Counted from the first letter of the stretch, positions 37,939 through 51,232 are shown. The stretch is 64,000 nt of DNA from Scyliorhinus canicula (GCF_902713615.1 NC_052154.1:91767030-91831029); one strand, 5' to 3'. Program-made: numbers and translations. Notes: generated by a model from the letters alone, not told the origin.

Positions 37939-38112
37939 GCTACATTATCAAAGGCGTTGGAGATAACGAGAACAAAAAAAAAACAGTCGGCAGATTGCGC
38001 CTGACCACAACCCTAAATTGAAGCAGACTTGATGTTCCATTAGTATTGGAATATCTAAGGTGTAAACGTGCAAGTACATTTCACGATATCAGTGCACGTG
38101 ATTGAGACTGAC

Positions 38113-38156
38113 CTGTTCCGCAAACTGGTCTTGAAAATTCGCTGTGATCGTTGAGC
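38113..38156 (-). CDS. Short juxtamembrane cytoplasmic exon of receptor gene 2
   Basis: Acceptor gcaaattccgttctcccatag| and donor CAG|GTCAGT; 44 nt converts phase 1 to phase 0, as needed to join the TM exon to 33669; (G)STITANFQDQFAEQ is open. Confidence 0.7.
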
Positions 38157-38630
38157 CTATGGGAGAACGGAATTTGCATGAGCGGTTAAGTTACTCCTGA
38201 ATTATATGCGTGACATGTCCAGCAAAACATTTCCAACATATGAGCAAATCGCGCATTCGGTTCGATTGTTTTCTGAGACCTAGTACATTCTGCAACCAGT
38301 ACATTACACGACAAGCTTCGCTCTTTTCACCGCAATATTGCACCCGTCTCCTGCCTCAAAATTCGGCACATTGAGTGCAGAGAGTTCAGATGTGAAGATC
38401 AGAAAACCCGGTTCAATTTAATATTCAAACATTTTAAATTATTCTGGCGTTCTGTTGAGTGTTTGGTCCCGCAGTCAGCACAACAATAAGCCTCGAAGGA
38501 CAATTGTTCTCACTGCAACTAAAGTGTTCTGAAAATGTGGAAACCAGAATGGAGAATTTAAGCTGCCCGCTATCGCAACGTTCACCGAGGCGATAAAGGT
38601 AATTCAGAATCAGGGTCCACTCAGTCTTAC

Positions 38631-38744
38631 CTTCAGTTTTGGCCGATCTCCATCGCATGATGAGAATTACCAGCAGTACAGTTATTAACCCGCCAGCCAA
38701 ACATCCAGATACCAGGAGATAGAGATACTTGTCATGAATGTTAC
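38631..38744 (-). CDS. Transmembrane exon of receptor gene 2
   Basis: Acceptor tctgtactactcttag| and donor G|GTAAGA; 114 nt, phase 1/1; GNIHDKYLYLLVSGCLAGGLITVLLVILIMRWRSAKTE, with an uncharged TM and an RWR stop-transfer. Confidence 0.88.
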
Positions 38745-39299
38745 CTAAGAGTAGTACAGAAAGTCGACAGTTCGTATTTGAATTGGGCTACATCAGCAAG
38801 CGATTTGAAAGTCATAGGCAAATGCCTCACAAGCGTAAGCGCTCCTAGAATTTAGAAATAAACGTCGTATTTAATTCTTTGTTATACCTTATTGTAGAAT
38901 CATTAATCTTGACAACATTTAACAATTATATATCACGCATTGAGTATACCTGAGCGATAATCTTGAACTTTAAGTGACTAGAAATTGTTAAAAATAAACA
39001 AATGATGCATAACTTTGCTCATGACGTGGAGGTGATTATGTGTTCGTATTTTACTACGGATATGGTTATTTGATTATCATTGTGGCAAGAAAGCTGGGCG
39101 ACGTTTCAAAAATAACTTGAAATGAAAATCCAAAGAGAATGGGGAATATTTTCACTTCCATGATGTTTGCCATTAATTATATAACATGAGATCCCATCTG
39201 AACATTAGGACACCATTTGTGGTTTGCGCACAATGTTTTGTTATGCGGATACTACTGAGTATAAGATCAGTCCTTTGGCACAATATCGGCTCTGGTCGT

Positions 39300-42215
39300 G
39301 AGGTCAAGGGATTTGATTAATAATTATGCGACTCTGTTTAAATAAAGAAATAGAAGGTCAAGGACAAAAACTACAGGTTAGAAAGCCTGACATGGCACAT
39401 AAAACATATAATGGTCCGCAGAATATGGCTGGAAGGGCAAAGTATATAAACATAAAACAAAATCAAAAACTGGATCAAAGGGAGAAAACTGTTAAAAAGG
39501 GGAAAGGACGGGCTCTTAAATGCAGCTATAATTTGGCACAAAATCAATTAAATAATGGAATAAATGAGGTTAATGGAATGAGCAGATGGCCATTAGAAAA
39601 GTTGCCACAAGAAATGAAAAATGGGAATTAAATGTTCAAGGGTATGTACCTTTTCGGAGGACAAACAAGGACGGAAGGGTTCTATTGTAGCTTTTTTCGT
39701 CCGAGATGGAGGACAATAAATACGTTTGAGGAGGAATATATGGAATCCACACGGCTTGATGGAAGAAATAACAAGTGGAAGTAAATACATCTGCGAGCTG
39801 ACTATAAGGTCTCTTACAACATCTAAACTGTATGACGGAGAAAAAATCGAGACAGGATATAGGCATGTAAAAAAGGTAGAATAGTAATCATGTTTGACTT
39901 TAATCTTCATGTGGACTGGGTGAATCAAATTGGCAGAAGTAGCCATGGAAATAATTATTAGCTTGTATTCTGGACAGTTTCTTAGCGAAATATGTAATGG
40001 AGCCAAGCAAGGATCATACCATTTCTAACCTGGCAATATGTAATTAGTCAGGTTTGGCAAATAATCACAGGGTAAAAGATGCACAAGGAACAGTGCCAAT
40101 AGCACTCTAATCTTCGTAACTCTGTTAAAGAGTGAGAATCTTGGGTTTGAAACAACTTTGTAAACTTAATTAAGGGTAATTGCAAATGAATGAGGGTGGA
40201 GTTGTCTAGAGTGGACTGGGAGAGGGGTTTAGCAGAAAAAAACGGTTAGTCAGCAATGGCAGACGATTTGGAAAATTGTTTATGCTTTATAACAATACAT
40301 ATCGCAGTGAGGAAGAAGGATGGTGAAAGGGGATGTTTTGATTATTGTAATCCAAGGAAGTTAAGCACATGGAAGACGAAAAAACGCACAGTGTGGCATA
40401 GAACTATATATAAGCGATAGGATTGTGGCAATTTAAAAAACAACATAAAGTGAGCAAAAAAAAAAGTAAAGAGCGATTCAAAATTCTACTATGCCGTGGT
40501 AAATTACGAAAGGAAACTAATATTACTGCAAAATCGGAAAGTAAGATATTCTTTATACATATAAAAGGAATAGTACAGACGTACATTAATTAAAGTGCTG
40601 AAGAAAGGATACTGAGGAAATAACAATGGGAAACCTATAGGAGTTAATTAAATACTTTGTGTCAGTTCTGACGGTGAGAGACACGGACAGCATTCCAAAA
40701 TTAATAAATAATCAAGAGGCCAAAGAGAACGAGGACATGAATACAGCAACTATCCTCTGTGAAAACGTACAAGAAACATTAATGGGATTAAGGCAGACCC
40801 TTGGACATGATGGGTTCCAGTCGAGAATACTGAAGGATTAGCTGCAGATTTAATGGATGCACTAGTCGTGCTCTTCCAAGAATCTTTAAATTCTGGAAAT
40901 GTGCAAGAGGACTGGAAAGATGCTAATGTAATAATCATACTATTATTCAAAAAAGTGGAGACAAAATAAAACAGATCACAATCGGCTACTTAATTTCTGT
41001 CACTGGAAAATTGATGGAGCCCATCATTGAGGATGCAATAACAGAGCATTACGACGTAGATAACATTCTTAATGTTCTGCAAATAGACTATATATTAAGA
41101 TAACAGAGCATGGTGCTTATGGGTAGTATATTAACATGGTTCGAGGCTTGGCTAATTAGTAGAAGACGGAGCGTTATGATAAGAGATACAGTTTCATGAT
41201 GACAACCTGCAGCTACTGGTTGCCATTTTGATCAGTGCCGGGGTCACAGTTATTTAGAGTATATGTTAATCACTTGATGATGGAAGTGGTGCATGATTGC
41301 CATGTTTGCAGACGACACAAAAATAGGTGTGATGACAAAGGGGAGGGTGACATAACTGATCTACAATGGCATGTAAACAGGTTAAGTAAGTGGGCAAAAC
41401 CTTGCCAGATAGAATATTATGCACGAAAATGTGAAGTTATGCACATTGGTGAGAAGGTTAAAAGAGTTGACTGTTATTTGAATTTTAAAAATGTTTGCCG
41501 AAGGCTGTAGCACAGACGAATTTCAGGATTCTTGTATATAATTCCCACAAGGTATCGTGTGAGTTGAGCATGATCGGGAAACAAATGGAATATGGAATTT
41601 TAGTTAAAAGGAAATGGGGTATAAATTAGGGAAGTCTTGATTACAAAAAGTATACAAAACGCCAGGTCGAACACACATGTAATAACCTTCTGCCATTATA
41701 TATTGGCACTGCCAGACAGTTAAGAGACGTTTCCCTGGATATAACATCGGGTACGAAGGGGTTTTCTTTTGCAGAGTGTTTGCGTAGGTTCGGCTTGTAC
41801 TCATTAGACTGTTGACGAATAAGCTGCAACCTTATTACGACGTACAGCATTCTCAGGGGGATTGACAGGGTAGACCCGGGAAAACTTTCTCCTTGTGGAG
41901 GAGTGCAGGACCAGAAGGCATAATCTCAGATTAATATATCATGCATAAAACAGATGAGAAGGCATTTCGTCTCTCAGACGGCTGTGAATGTATGGAGTTT
42001 TTATGGCAGAAGGCTGCAGGGGTTGGGGTGTTAATATGTTCAAGATTGAGGTCAATAGATTTTTAATCAGAACGGAATCAAGGGGTTATGGTGTTCAGGT
42101 GCTAAAGTGGAGTTGAATGTTCTTAAATAAGATCTGCTATGATTGTATTACAGAATAGAGTTGATAGGCTGAACGGCCTACACCATTCCTACATCTTTCG
42201 TCCTTATGTTCGAAA
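39300..42215 (+). mobile_element. Old degraded long CR1 LINE
   Basis: Remnants such as gtaatcatgtttgactttaatcttcatgtggactgg (GDFNxxxDW), LGHDGFQSRILK and gtttgcagacgacacaaaa (FADDTK); 3' UTR near 42180. Confidence 0.7.
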
Positions 42216-44087
42216 ATAATACAGGACAATATTAGTTTAAATTTATGAAAAAAATGTTTTGGTTGTTGAACATCGCAATCAAACGATAAAAACACTGCAG
42301 CAAAGAAACATGTCATTCAGTGCAGTGACTGCACTGGCAAAACAAAAAATCAAAAAATTAAATAACTGTTCATATTATTCCCACTTTTCAGCACCTGGTC
42401 GGACGTCTTGCAACAAAACAACGCTTCAGGTTTAGAATGAATTGAGCCTTTCAGCCTCAGCAAACAATTCATTCAGTGCAATCCAGACAACCACCAACCT
42501 TTTGGTGAAACCAATATTTCCAAATATCCCTGCTCAATATTTTACCAACGATCATAAATCTTTCATCACTGGTAATTGAACTCTCAGCGAGAGAAAAGTC
42601 TATTTCCTGTCTATCTTATTTAGGCCATTCCTACTTTACATAGACTTTTTCATAGCAGATAGGAGCGGAGGAGGTCTTTTGGCCCTTCGAATCTGCTCCG
42701 CGATTTATCACGATCATGGCTGATCATCCAACTCAATAGCCTAATCCTGCTTTTGTGCAGGTTAATTTGGTCACCCTGCACGCCGGCCCCAGTCTCTTCT
42801 GTTCGAAGGTGAACTCACTAGCCGATCCAATCTCTCTTATTACCGGGGAATCTCATGACCTGGCAGCATTTTGGAAAATACCTCTGCACGTCCTTCAGAT
42901 AAATCATCCCTTCATGTAATTTAGTGTTCAGAATTGAAAGCAAAGCACAAGCTGTTCCTAAAGAGTATTTTTTAAAGGTCCAACATCACATATTTGCTTT
43001 ATATCTGACAGATCGATCAATAAATAAAATGTTTGTATATGCTTTTTCTTACCAACTGATCTGCCTGACTTGTCACCTTCAGGGACCGATGGACATTCAT
43101 CTTAATGTCGTGCAATTCATCAACTCCCCTTAATATCGCCCGATGAAATCAGTATTCTTGAGTTTCATTGAGAGACAGCTCTCCCCACACAAATGGCACT
43201 TCACCTCATTCTTTTCCGGTTGAATTTAATTTGATACTTGTCTGCAGACTCAACAAACCCGTGAAATAATTTTGGAGACAACAAACCGTACTGGTGACTA
43301 TCAGCTACGTTACCAATTTCAGTAACTCCACAGCCCCTCAGGTTTAATTCCAAATCATTAACCCAGAAAATAGATAGAAAAGGCACTAGCACTGAGCCCA
43401 GTGGAAGGTAATTAGAAAGAACATTCCATTAGCTATTAATATACTATTGTCTTTTGTTCCTATTGCTGTGTAAATATTGGACCCCAATTCACCTGCTCCC
43501 TTTCATTCTCACTCCACAGTATACATATTTCCCACTCTCTCTGTCTGTTAACTTTGACAAAGAGTCATCGGACTCGAAACGTTAGCTCTTTTCTCTCCCG
43601 ACAGATGCTGCCAGACTTGCTGAGATTTTCCAGCATTTTCCCTTTCGCCCCATACGCCATAGAAATATACCTTTTCGCCCAGCCTGTCAAATGGGACCTT
43701 ATCCAGTGCCTACTAAAATACATGTGTAGCGCAGCATAAACATTATTCAAATCAATCATCCTGCTTACGTCTTCAGAAGTTTCTACTTTGTTTGTAAAAC
43801 ACGACTTTCCACGACAGAAACAATGCTGATTATCCTTGATACCATCATTTTCTAAGTGGCAGCTTAGATTTTGTCCCATTAATTTTCTCACCACCGTCGT
43901 CAGAGCAACCCATTTATAGTTATCAGGACTCTCTGTCGCTCACTACTTAAATGGTGATATATTCTCCAATGACCTCCATTCCACTTGAAGCTCGTTTGGA
44001 TCAAGCGAGTGAAGCGTTGGCATAGTGCATTTGTCACAAGGTTGGTATCCATTCTATTATGGGAGCGGCGTTTTCAGAACCCCAGAA

Positions 44088-44704
44088 TGTATCATGGAGT
44101 TCAACCAACCTCTCCCTTTAATGTATTGTTGCTTTTGAAGCACACGGCTTGGTCTCCAGATGTGGAATTACAAATATGGACACGTGAGTTTTTAAACACA
44201 AAACAATGTTCATTCCATGAATTCAACTTAACCTTTTTAAATAACCATTGGATCCCTTAACAGCCCTTACTTCAAAGATAACCCCGAAAATAACACAACT
44301 CTAAATAGTCCCTCAAAATGTTCCTTCAAACCTCCAAAAGAATTAACAACTTTAAACAGAAACACATCAGGTTAAAGACATTGCTATTATGAGTTTAAAT
44401 CACCCAAATGATTCAGAGATAGTTTTTCATGGCAGAGATCACGGCAGATCCAGCTTACTGCAAAAACACAGACACAACCAAGCTCTTTTCCTCAAAACTG
44501 GCTTTTCCTTTCAAACAGCTCACAGCAAACCAGACAGGCACTTTTCAGCTGCTCTCTCAAACTGAAAACAAAAGCACCGCAAAAAGCAGAAGTGAGCTCA
44601 GAAGCCCCCCCTCCCTCTGACATCACTTCAGTAATATGACCTGCTGCATTTCTTAAAGGTACATTGCTTAAACATCAATTTCTTAAAGGTACTCTCACAT
44701 GACA
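44088..44704 (-). mobile_element. Solo LTR (Gypsy-like)
   Basis: Termini TGT(AT)CATG ... CATGACA; internal direct repeat ATTTCTTAAAGGTAC x2 near 44648-44692; no convincing TSD. Confidence 0.55.
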
Positions 44705-45089
44705 ATTCTAATTCTCTTGGAACTCGGATTCGAATCGCTGCGCAGAAAATTATAAAAGCTGCGTTCCATAAAAATCCAGAAGTCAAAAACCTTATCTCGT
44801 TTACTGATGTCTTTTGCGGAATGAAACATGCCATCCTTAGCCAACCTAGCACGCATACAACTGCAGAACCACGCCAACGCGCTTAATGCTGAAATAGCCG
44901 AGCGAGTCTAGCAGTTCAAGGCCAATTCTGAATGGGAAATTCTTCCGTGGAACAAAAAATGTTTGCAAAATTATCTTCATAGTATCCGTTGTTTATCAAC
45001 CCAGGATCCCAAAGTTCAATCCTGCGGCCTCGTGAGGCACAGAGTTAAACCAACATAGTGTTTGGTAAACAGGGTTGGCTTATTTGTCA

Positions 45090-45900
45090 TATTAACTGAG
45101 AGGAGCAATTGAGATCGTGCAGTTGATACAGAGCAGCGCGAATTTGACATGGTATGTCACAAAATACAACAGGATTGTTTGCAAAGTTCAGGTGCAGGGG
45201 GTTAAGAATAAGTTGGCACATTGGATACAGACTTGGCTAACGGGTGGTTAAAGGGAGAGGTAGGCAATAGTTCACCAAATGTTTCAAATTAGATGCAGTG
45301 TTAATTTCGTTTACATTAAATACATAGCCTTGGCTAACATCGAACGAAAGAAAGCAGAAAATTCATAAATAACGAGGGAACTATTCACAGATTGCAGACA
45401 TCAATAGAATGATTGTCAAAACAGGTAAGCACGCTTTTGTTAGAAACATGTGACGAGACAGTATGAAGAAATGCATAACATCTTAATGGCATGATTGACC
45501 AAAGCGACGGAGTCAATTCAGAGAGGTAGGGTAGATTGAGAAGGGGCAAAATATATGGAATCAATATCTTTATTAATAGAACAAGAGGGTTCAAACTAAG
45601 GGAGCTAGGCTCAATATTTTGAAAAGCATTCACTATATATAATTTGGAATATTGCTTCAAATCTGGATGATGGACTTTCAAAGGTTCAGACGGATGTAAA
45701 AAAATGTTCCTATGACACGATGGATGGAATATTCAATTACCTGCAGCGACTGGTGAAGTTCGGATTGTATTCCATGAAGTAGAGATGCTAATGATATAAT
45801 GTACATATTATCTCAAAATCTTGACCTGTTTTGATGGAGTCACTGAGAAGCAGATTGCTAATAGCAACCGGTTTCAAAGGGAATTGAAACAGAACTTGGA
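45090..45900 (+). mobile_element. Old degraded CR1 RT fragment
   Basis: Remnants of FDMVCHK (AFDKVPH-like) and CR1 C-terminal motifs. Confidence 0.45.
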
Positions 45901-46911
45901 GGGTTAATTTGTGGGGTAGGGTGAAGTCAGAGGTAATGTGCCTTGCTCTACAAAAGTGTATGCAAACACACGATGGACAGATGACTCCCGCAGTTCCGTA
46001 TTATTTTAGGAAACATATGTACGAATTACAGAACCTATCCCAGGTTCTTGAAAACTTCCAACTAACAGTCACTCACATCAAAATTCGTGTTCTTTCAATT
46101 AATCGCTTACTGACCTTTTGGCAGAATATTGTAATACCTGCCAGTTGAAATTTTCAGTACACTCCCAATTTAATCATCCCAAATTATCAATTTCAAATAC
46201 TTTAACTACCTGTTCGCTGGGGAGAACTATCATTATGCAACTATAATTCGGCTCATGTCTGTTTCATGCAGTATAAATAATCATAATCAGAGCGGGACCT
46301 ATGAATATTCTTCACATTTTTAAAGAGCTTCAATTTTGGCTCCAGTCTCTTGCCAGTGAGTATAGTCCTTTTTTCATACACAATCACTCTCAGATTCGTT
46401 CCCCTTTTCACTAAATTTAATTCAGATCCTTGGTATTCGTCCATCGCATGAATATTACATTCCCAATAGATATGCTGATGAATCAGCATATAAAGATATC
46501 AGATATAAAGCCAGATCGCATATAATGCTATATATTCCGATTGTTTATCTAAACATTTCTAACACCAGAGAAAATATGTGAGTACGAGGAAGGACCTTGT
46601 CAACTGATCCATGCAGAACAGTCGTTAAAGTACTTAAATGTTGTTAGTATTACAGCAATGTCCATGAGATAAAATGACGAGCTAGCCTCTAAAGGGTGGC
46701 ACTGTCAGCATCCATAATACACTTTCCACGAGGCTGAAACCGGTAAACTATTGAAATCACAAATGATCTTCTGATCTCAAGACACTGAGCCTTACATACT
46801 GTCGAGCAGATAGGTAAAACACAAAACAATAACAAAAGCAATGTCCTCTACTGTCATACGATTAAAAAGTGTAACACATTTCAGAAGAATATTGAAAATC
46901 GTAAACCTTAC

Positions 46912-47193
46912 CCCGACTACGAACCGTGTAGTTGCCATAGGCTGGGGTCTCCAGAGAGCTATGCGAAACCCCGCAGCTATAAAACGAGTTGGTCTCCAAT
47001 TGAGTAAGACTGCTTGAAACTTGATATAATCCCTCTTCGTTCTTTAGTTCTCTGGTGCTCATCCCAGATGTAATTATGATGTTATTTCTATACCAAATGA
47101 GATCAAATTCCTCCGGGAAGAATCCAGCTGTCGTACAGAGGAGTGTGAGTGAGTGGGAGGGCACGAGAGTAATTTTCACTGGTGTTGGTGGCA
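46912..47193 (-). CDS. Ig C1-set domain exon of receptor gene 2
   Basis: Acceptor ttaatgtcattctcag| and donor G|GTAAGG; 282 nt, phase 1/1; VPPTPVKITL...LTLLCTTAGFFPEEFDLIWYRN...YQVSSSL...FYSCGVSHSSL, with the C1 hallmarks CxxxGFFP, W and YxCxVxHxSL. Confidence 0.92.
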
Positions 47194-47392
47194 CTGAGAA
47201 TGACATTAATGAGATAGATTAAAATTGCAATTTCCACGTTACAGCAGAAAATAAATGCAACATATCTTCAGAATTGTTTAGAAATATACATTTGTTGAGG
47301 ATTTTCGTCTTAAACTAATCGGAAACGTTTATAAATTTCTTGACTGAACATATTCCTTCATTTGTCTTCATCAAGCATTGATTAAGGGTCAT

Positions 47393-47590
47393 GATGTGGA
47401 GATGCTGGCCTTGGACAGGGCTGAGCACAGTAGGAAGTCTGACAACACCAGATTATAGTCCAACATGTTTGTTTCAAAGACTAGCTTTCGGAGCACTGCT
47501 CCTTCACCTGAGGAAGGCGCAGTGTTCCGAGAGCTAGTGTTTGAAATCAAACCTGTTGGACTTTAACCTGGTGTTGTAAGACTTCTTGCA
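47393..47590. repeat. Penelope-derived palindromic element (~70-bp inverted arms)
   Basis: 47435-47505 aagtctgacaacaccagattatagtccaacatg...gctttcggagcactgctccttc is the imperfect reverse complement of 47511-47584. Confidence 0.75.
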
Positions 47591-47744
47591 TTGATTAAGA
47601 GTGGTATTACTTCTGTGGACGAAAACCAATTTTCGTGGCGGTTTATTGAAATCTATCCATTCGGTCTCTTAATATTCAATGTGAATGCTTCATTGAAATG
47701 CAAAAGACATAATTAATTAATTAATTCATTTATTAATTCAGCTA

Positions 47745-48056
47745 GGCACAGTGGCACAGTGGAAAGCACTGTTGGCTCACAGCGCCAGAACGTTGGGTCA
47801 CTGTGTGAAGTTTGTACGTCCCCCATGTCTGCAAAGGTTTCCTCCGGGTACTTCAGTTTCCTCCTGCAGTCCAAAGAGGTGCAGGTTAGGCGGCTTAGGT
47901 ATGCAAAATCGTTCCTTATTGTCCAAAGATGTGCAGGTTAGTTTGGATTACAGGGATAGGGTGAGGACTCGGCATAGATAGGGTGCACTTTTAGAGGTTC
48001 GGTGCAGATCACGATGGGCTGAATGGCCTCCTTCTGCACTGTATAAATTTCTATTC
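47745..48056 (+). mobile_element. HE1-like V-SINE (diverged); a further HE1 tail at ~48432-48535
   Basis: ggcacagtggcacagtgg head, conserved core, gatgggctgaatggcctccttctgcactgta tail. Confidence 0.8.
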
Positions 48057-48879
48057 TACGGTTCCAGTCGTCATTGACAATGCCAAGATGTATTACACAT
48101 TAAATCATTTATTTGTGTTTCATTTTCCCCAGGGGGTGACAGGGTCTCGTTCATTTTCGCAGTCAGTATTATTTGCACGCCAAATGCACGGGGAAACCAT
48201 TTCAGCTATTGCAGTCTGGGATTAACCTTGCGGAAGCGATGCTGACCAGATAAAGCGAATTCATCGTCTTTGCGCAATAAGATTCTGGGCCGCGATTTTG
48301 ATCCACGTGAGAAAAGTCAAGCAGTCGTTACAATTTAGATATCACACATAGAAAAAGATAAATGAGTCAAAGAATATTTTTAAAAGCGTTATTCCAAGCC
48401 GGTGCATTGAGAGAAATCCGCGTCCAGCGTTCCTGGTATAGGGTGGATACGTTGGCTTGAGTAGGGTGATCATTGCTCGGCACAACATCGAGGCCGAAGG
48501 GCCTGTTCTGTGCTGTACTGTTCTATTTCTATGTCTATATTAATTCATCTACAGGACAATAAATGTCATACTTTAAAATCTCTGTCTGTTCTCCCCACTG
48601 AGAAAGGAGCCGATTGTCTGGAGGACAATTTCCCGTTTGAAAAAAAAATGAATTATTGATAACTGAGATTCAAGAAATGCATCGCCACGACAAGAAGGGA
48701 CGGTTTATAATTGCGTCACGTAATGCTTCGAGTTTCATAATGAAGTGGGACTTCGCAACCGCTGACAAATGTACTGAGTGTCGGCATTTTGTTCATTGCG
48801 CTATCTAGTTTCAGAATGTGGTTGCATAATTCAGCAATTTAACCGGATAACGGGCATGCAAATTAAATAGGATTTAAGG

Positions 48880-51232
48880 GAGCAGGCTATTCTGGACCTA
48901 GTGCTATGTAATGAACCAGACTTTATTAAAGATCTTAAAGTAAGGGAACACTTAGGAAGCAGCGATCATAATATGGTTGAGTTCAGTCTGCAGTTTGAAA
49001 GAGAGAAGGCAAAATCGGATGTAATGGTGTTACAGTTAAATAAAGGTAATTACGAGGGCATGAGAGAGGAACTGGTGAAAATCAACTGGAAGCAGACCCT
49101 AGCAGGGAAGACAGTAGAGCAAAAATGGCAGGAGTTTGTATGCATAATTGAGGACACTGTACAGAGGTTCATCCCCAAGAAAAGAAAGATTATCCAGGGA
49201 GGGATTAGACAGCCATGGCTGACAAAGGAGGTCAGGAAATGTATCAAAGAAAAAGAGAGATCCTATAAAGTGGCCAAAAGCACCGGGAAATCAGAAGATT
49301 GGGAAGGCTACAAAAACAAACAGAGGTTAACAAAGAGACAAATAAGGAAGGAGAGGATCAAATATGAAGGCAGGCTAGCCAGTAATATAAGAAATGATAG
49401 TAAAAGTTTCTTTCAATACATAAGAAACAAACGTCAGGCCAAAGTAGACATTGGGCCAATTCAAACTGATTCTGGAAGGCGAGTGATGGGAGATGAGGAA
49501 ATGGCTGGAGAACTTAATAAGTACTTTGCGTCTGTCTTCACAGTGGAAGACGTTAGTAATATCCCAAAAATTATAAAGGGTCAGGGGGCTGAGTTGAGTA
49601 TGGTTGCCATTACAAAAGAGATGGTGCTAAAAAAGCTAAAAGGTCTTAAAATTGACAAATCTCCTGGCCCCGATGGGCTACATCCTAGAGTTCTGAGGGA
49701 GGTGGCTGAAGAAATAGCGGAAGCGTTGGTTGAGATCTTTCAAAAATCACTGGAGTCAGGGAAAGTCCCGGACGATTGGAAGATCGCTGTTGTAACCCCC
49801 TTGTTCAAGAAAGGATCAAGACAAAAGATGGAAAATTATAGGCCAATTAGCCTAACCTCGGTTGTTGGTAAAATTCTAGAATCGATCCTTAAGGATGAGA
49901 TTTCTAATTTCTTGGAAGAGCAGGGTCGGATTAGAACAAGTCAACATGGATTTAGTAAGGGGAGGTCGTGCCTGACGAACCTGTTAGAATTCTTTGAGGA
50001 GGTGACAAGTAGGTTAGACCAGGGAAACCCAGTGGATGTGGTCTATCTGGATTTCCAAAAGGCCTTTGATAAGGTGCCACACAGGAGGCTGCTGAGTAAG
50101 GTGAGGGCCCATGCTGTTCGAGGTGAGCTACTGGCATGGGTTGAGGATTGGCTGTCTGACAGAAGGCAGAGAGTTGGGATAAAAGGTTCTTTTTCGGAAT
50201 GGCAGCCGGTGACCAGCGGTGTCCCACAGGGTTCAGTGTTGGGGCCGCAGCTGTTCACCATATATATTAATGATCTGGATGAAGGGACTGGGGGCATTCT
50301 AGCGAAGTTTGCTGATGATACGAAGTTAGGTGGTCAGACAGGTAGTGCTGAGGAAGTGGGGAGGCTGCAGAAGGATCTAGACAGTTTGGGAGAGTGGTGC
50401 AGGAAATGGCTGATGCATTTCAACGTGAGAAAATGTGAGGTCTTGCACTTTGGAAAAAAGAATCCAAGCATAGACTACTTTCTAAACGGTGAGAAAATTC
50501 ATAATACCAAAGTACAAAGGGATCTGGGAGTGCTAGTCGAGGATTCCCTAAAGGTAAACATGCAGGTTGAATCCGTGATTAAGAAAGCGAATGCTATGTT
50601 GTCATTTATCTGAAGAGGGTTGGAATATAAAAGCAGCGATGTGCTACTGAGCCTTTATAAGGCTCTGGTTAGGCCCCATTTGGAGTACTGTGTCCAGTTT
50701 TGGGCCCCACATCTCAGGAAGGACATACTGGCACTGGAGCGTGTCCAGCGGAGATTCACACGGATGATCCCTGGAATGGCGGGTCTAGCATATGAGGAAC
50801 GGCTGGCGTTCCTGGGATTGTATTCATTGGAGTTCAGAAGGTTAAGGGGAGATCTAATAAAAACTTACAAGATAATACATGGCTTAGAAAGGATGGACGC
50901 AAAGAAACTGTTTCCGTTAGGCGAGGAGTCGAGGACCCGTGGGCACAGCCTTAGAATTAGAGGGGGTAAATTCAAAACAGAAATGCGGAGACATTTCTTC
51001 AGCCAGAGAGTGGTGGGCCTGTGGAATTCATTGCCGCAGAGGGCAGTGGAGGCCGGGACGCTAAATGGCTTCAAGGCAGAGATAGATAAATTCTTGATGT
51101 CGCGAGGAATTAAGGGCTATGGGGAGAATGCTGGGAGGTGGAGTTGAAATGCCCATCAGCCATGATTGAATGGCGGAGTGGACTCGATGGGCCGAATGGC
51201 CTTACTTCCACTCCTATGTCTTATGGTCTTAA
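48880..51232 (+). mobile_element. Young CR1 LINE, ORF2 from late EN through RT, with one nonsense codon
   Basis: ORFs 48901..50613 and 50620..51147 are in frame, separated by TGA (TCA in the 26644 copy); intact RT motifs; (TTATGGTC) tail. Confidence 0.95.

Noticed and set aside
38434-38630. Read-through of the TM ORF (GKTEW...NARII*) or a possible exon at ~38530
   Set aside because: Follows a canonical GTAAGA donor. The 38113-38156 exon gives the required phase change with better splice sites. An alternative short isoform cannot be excluded.
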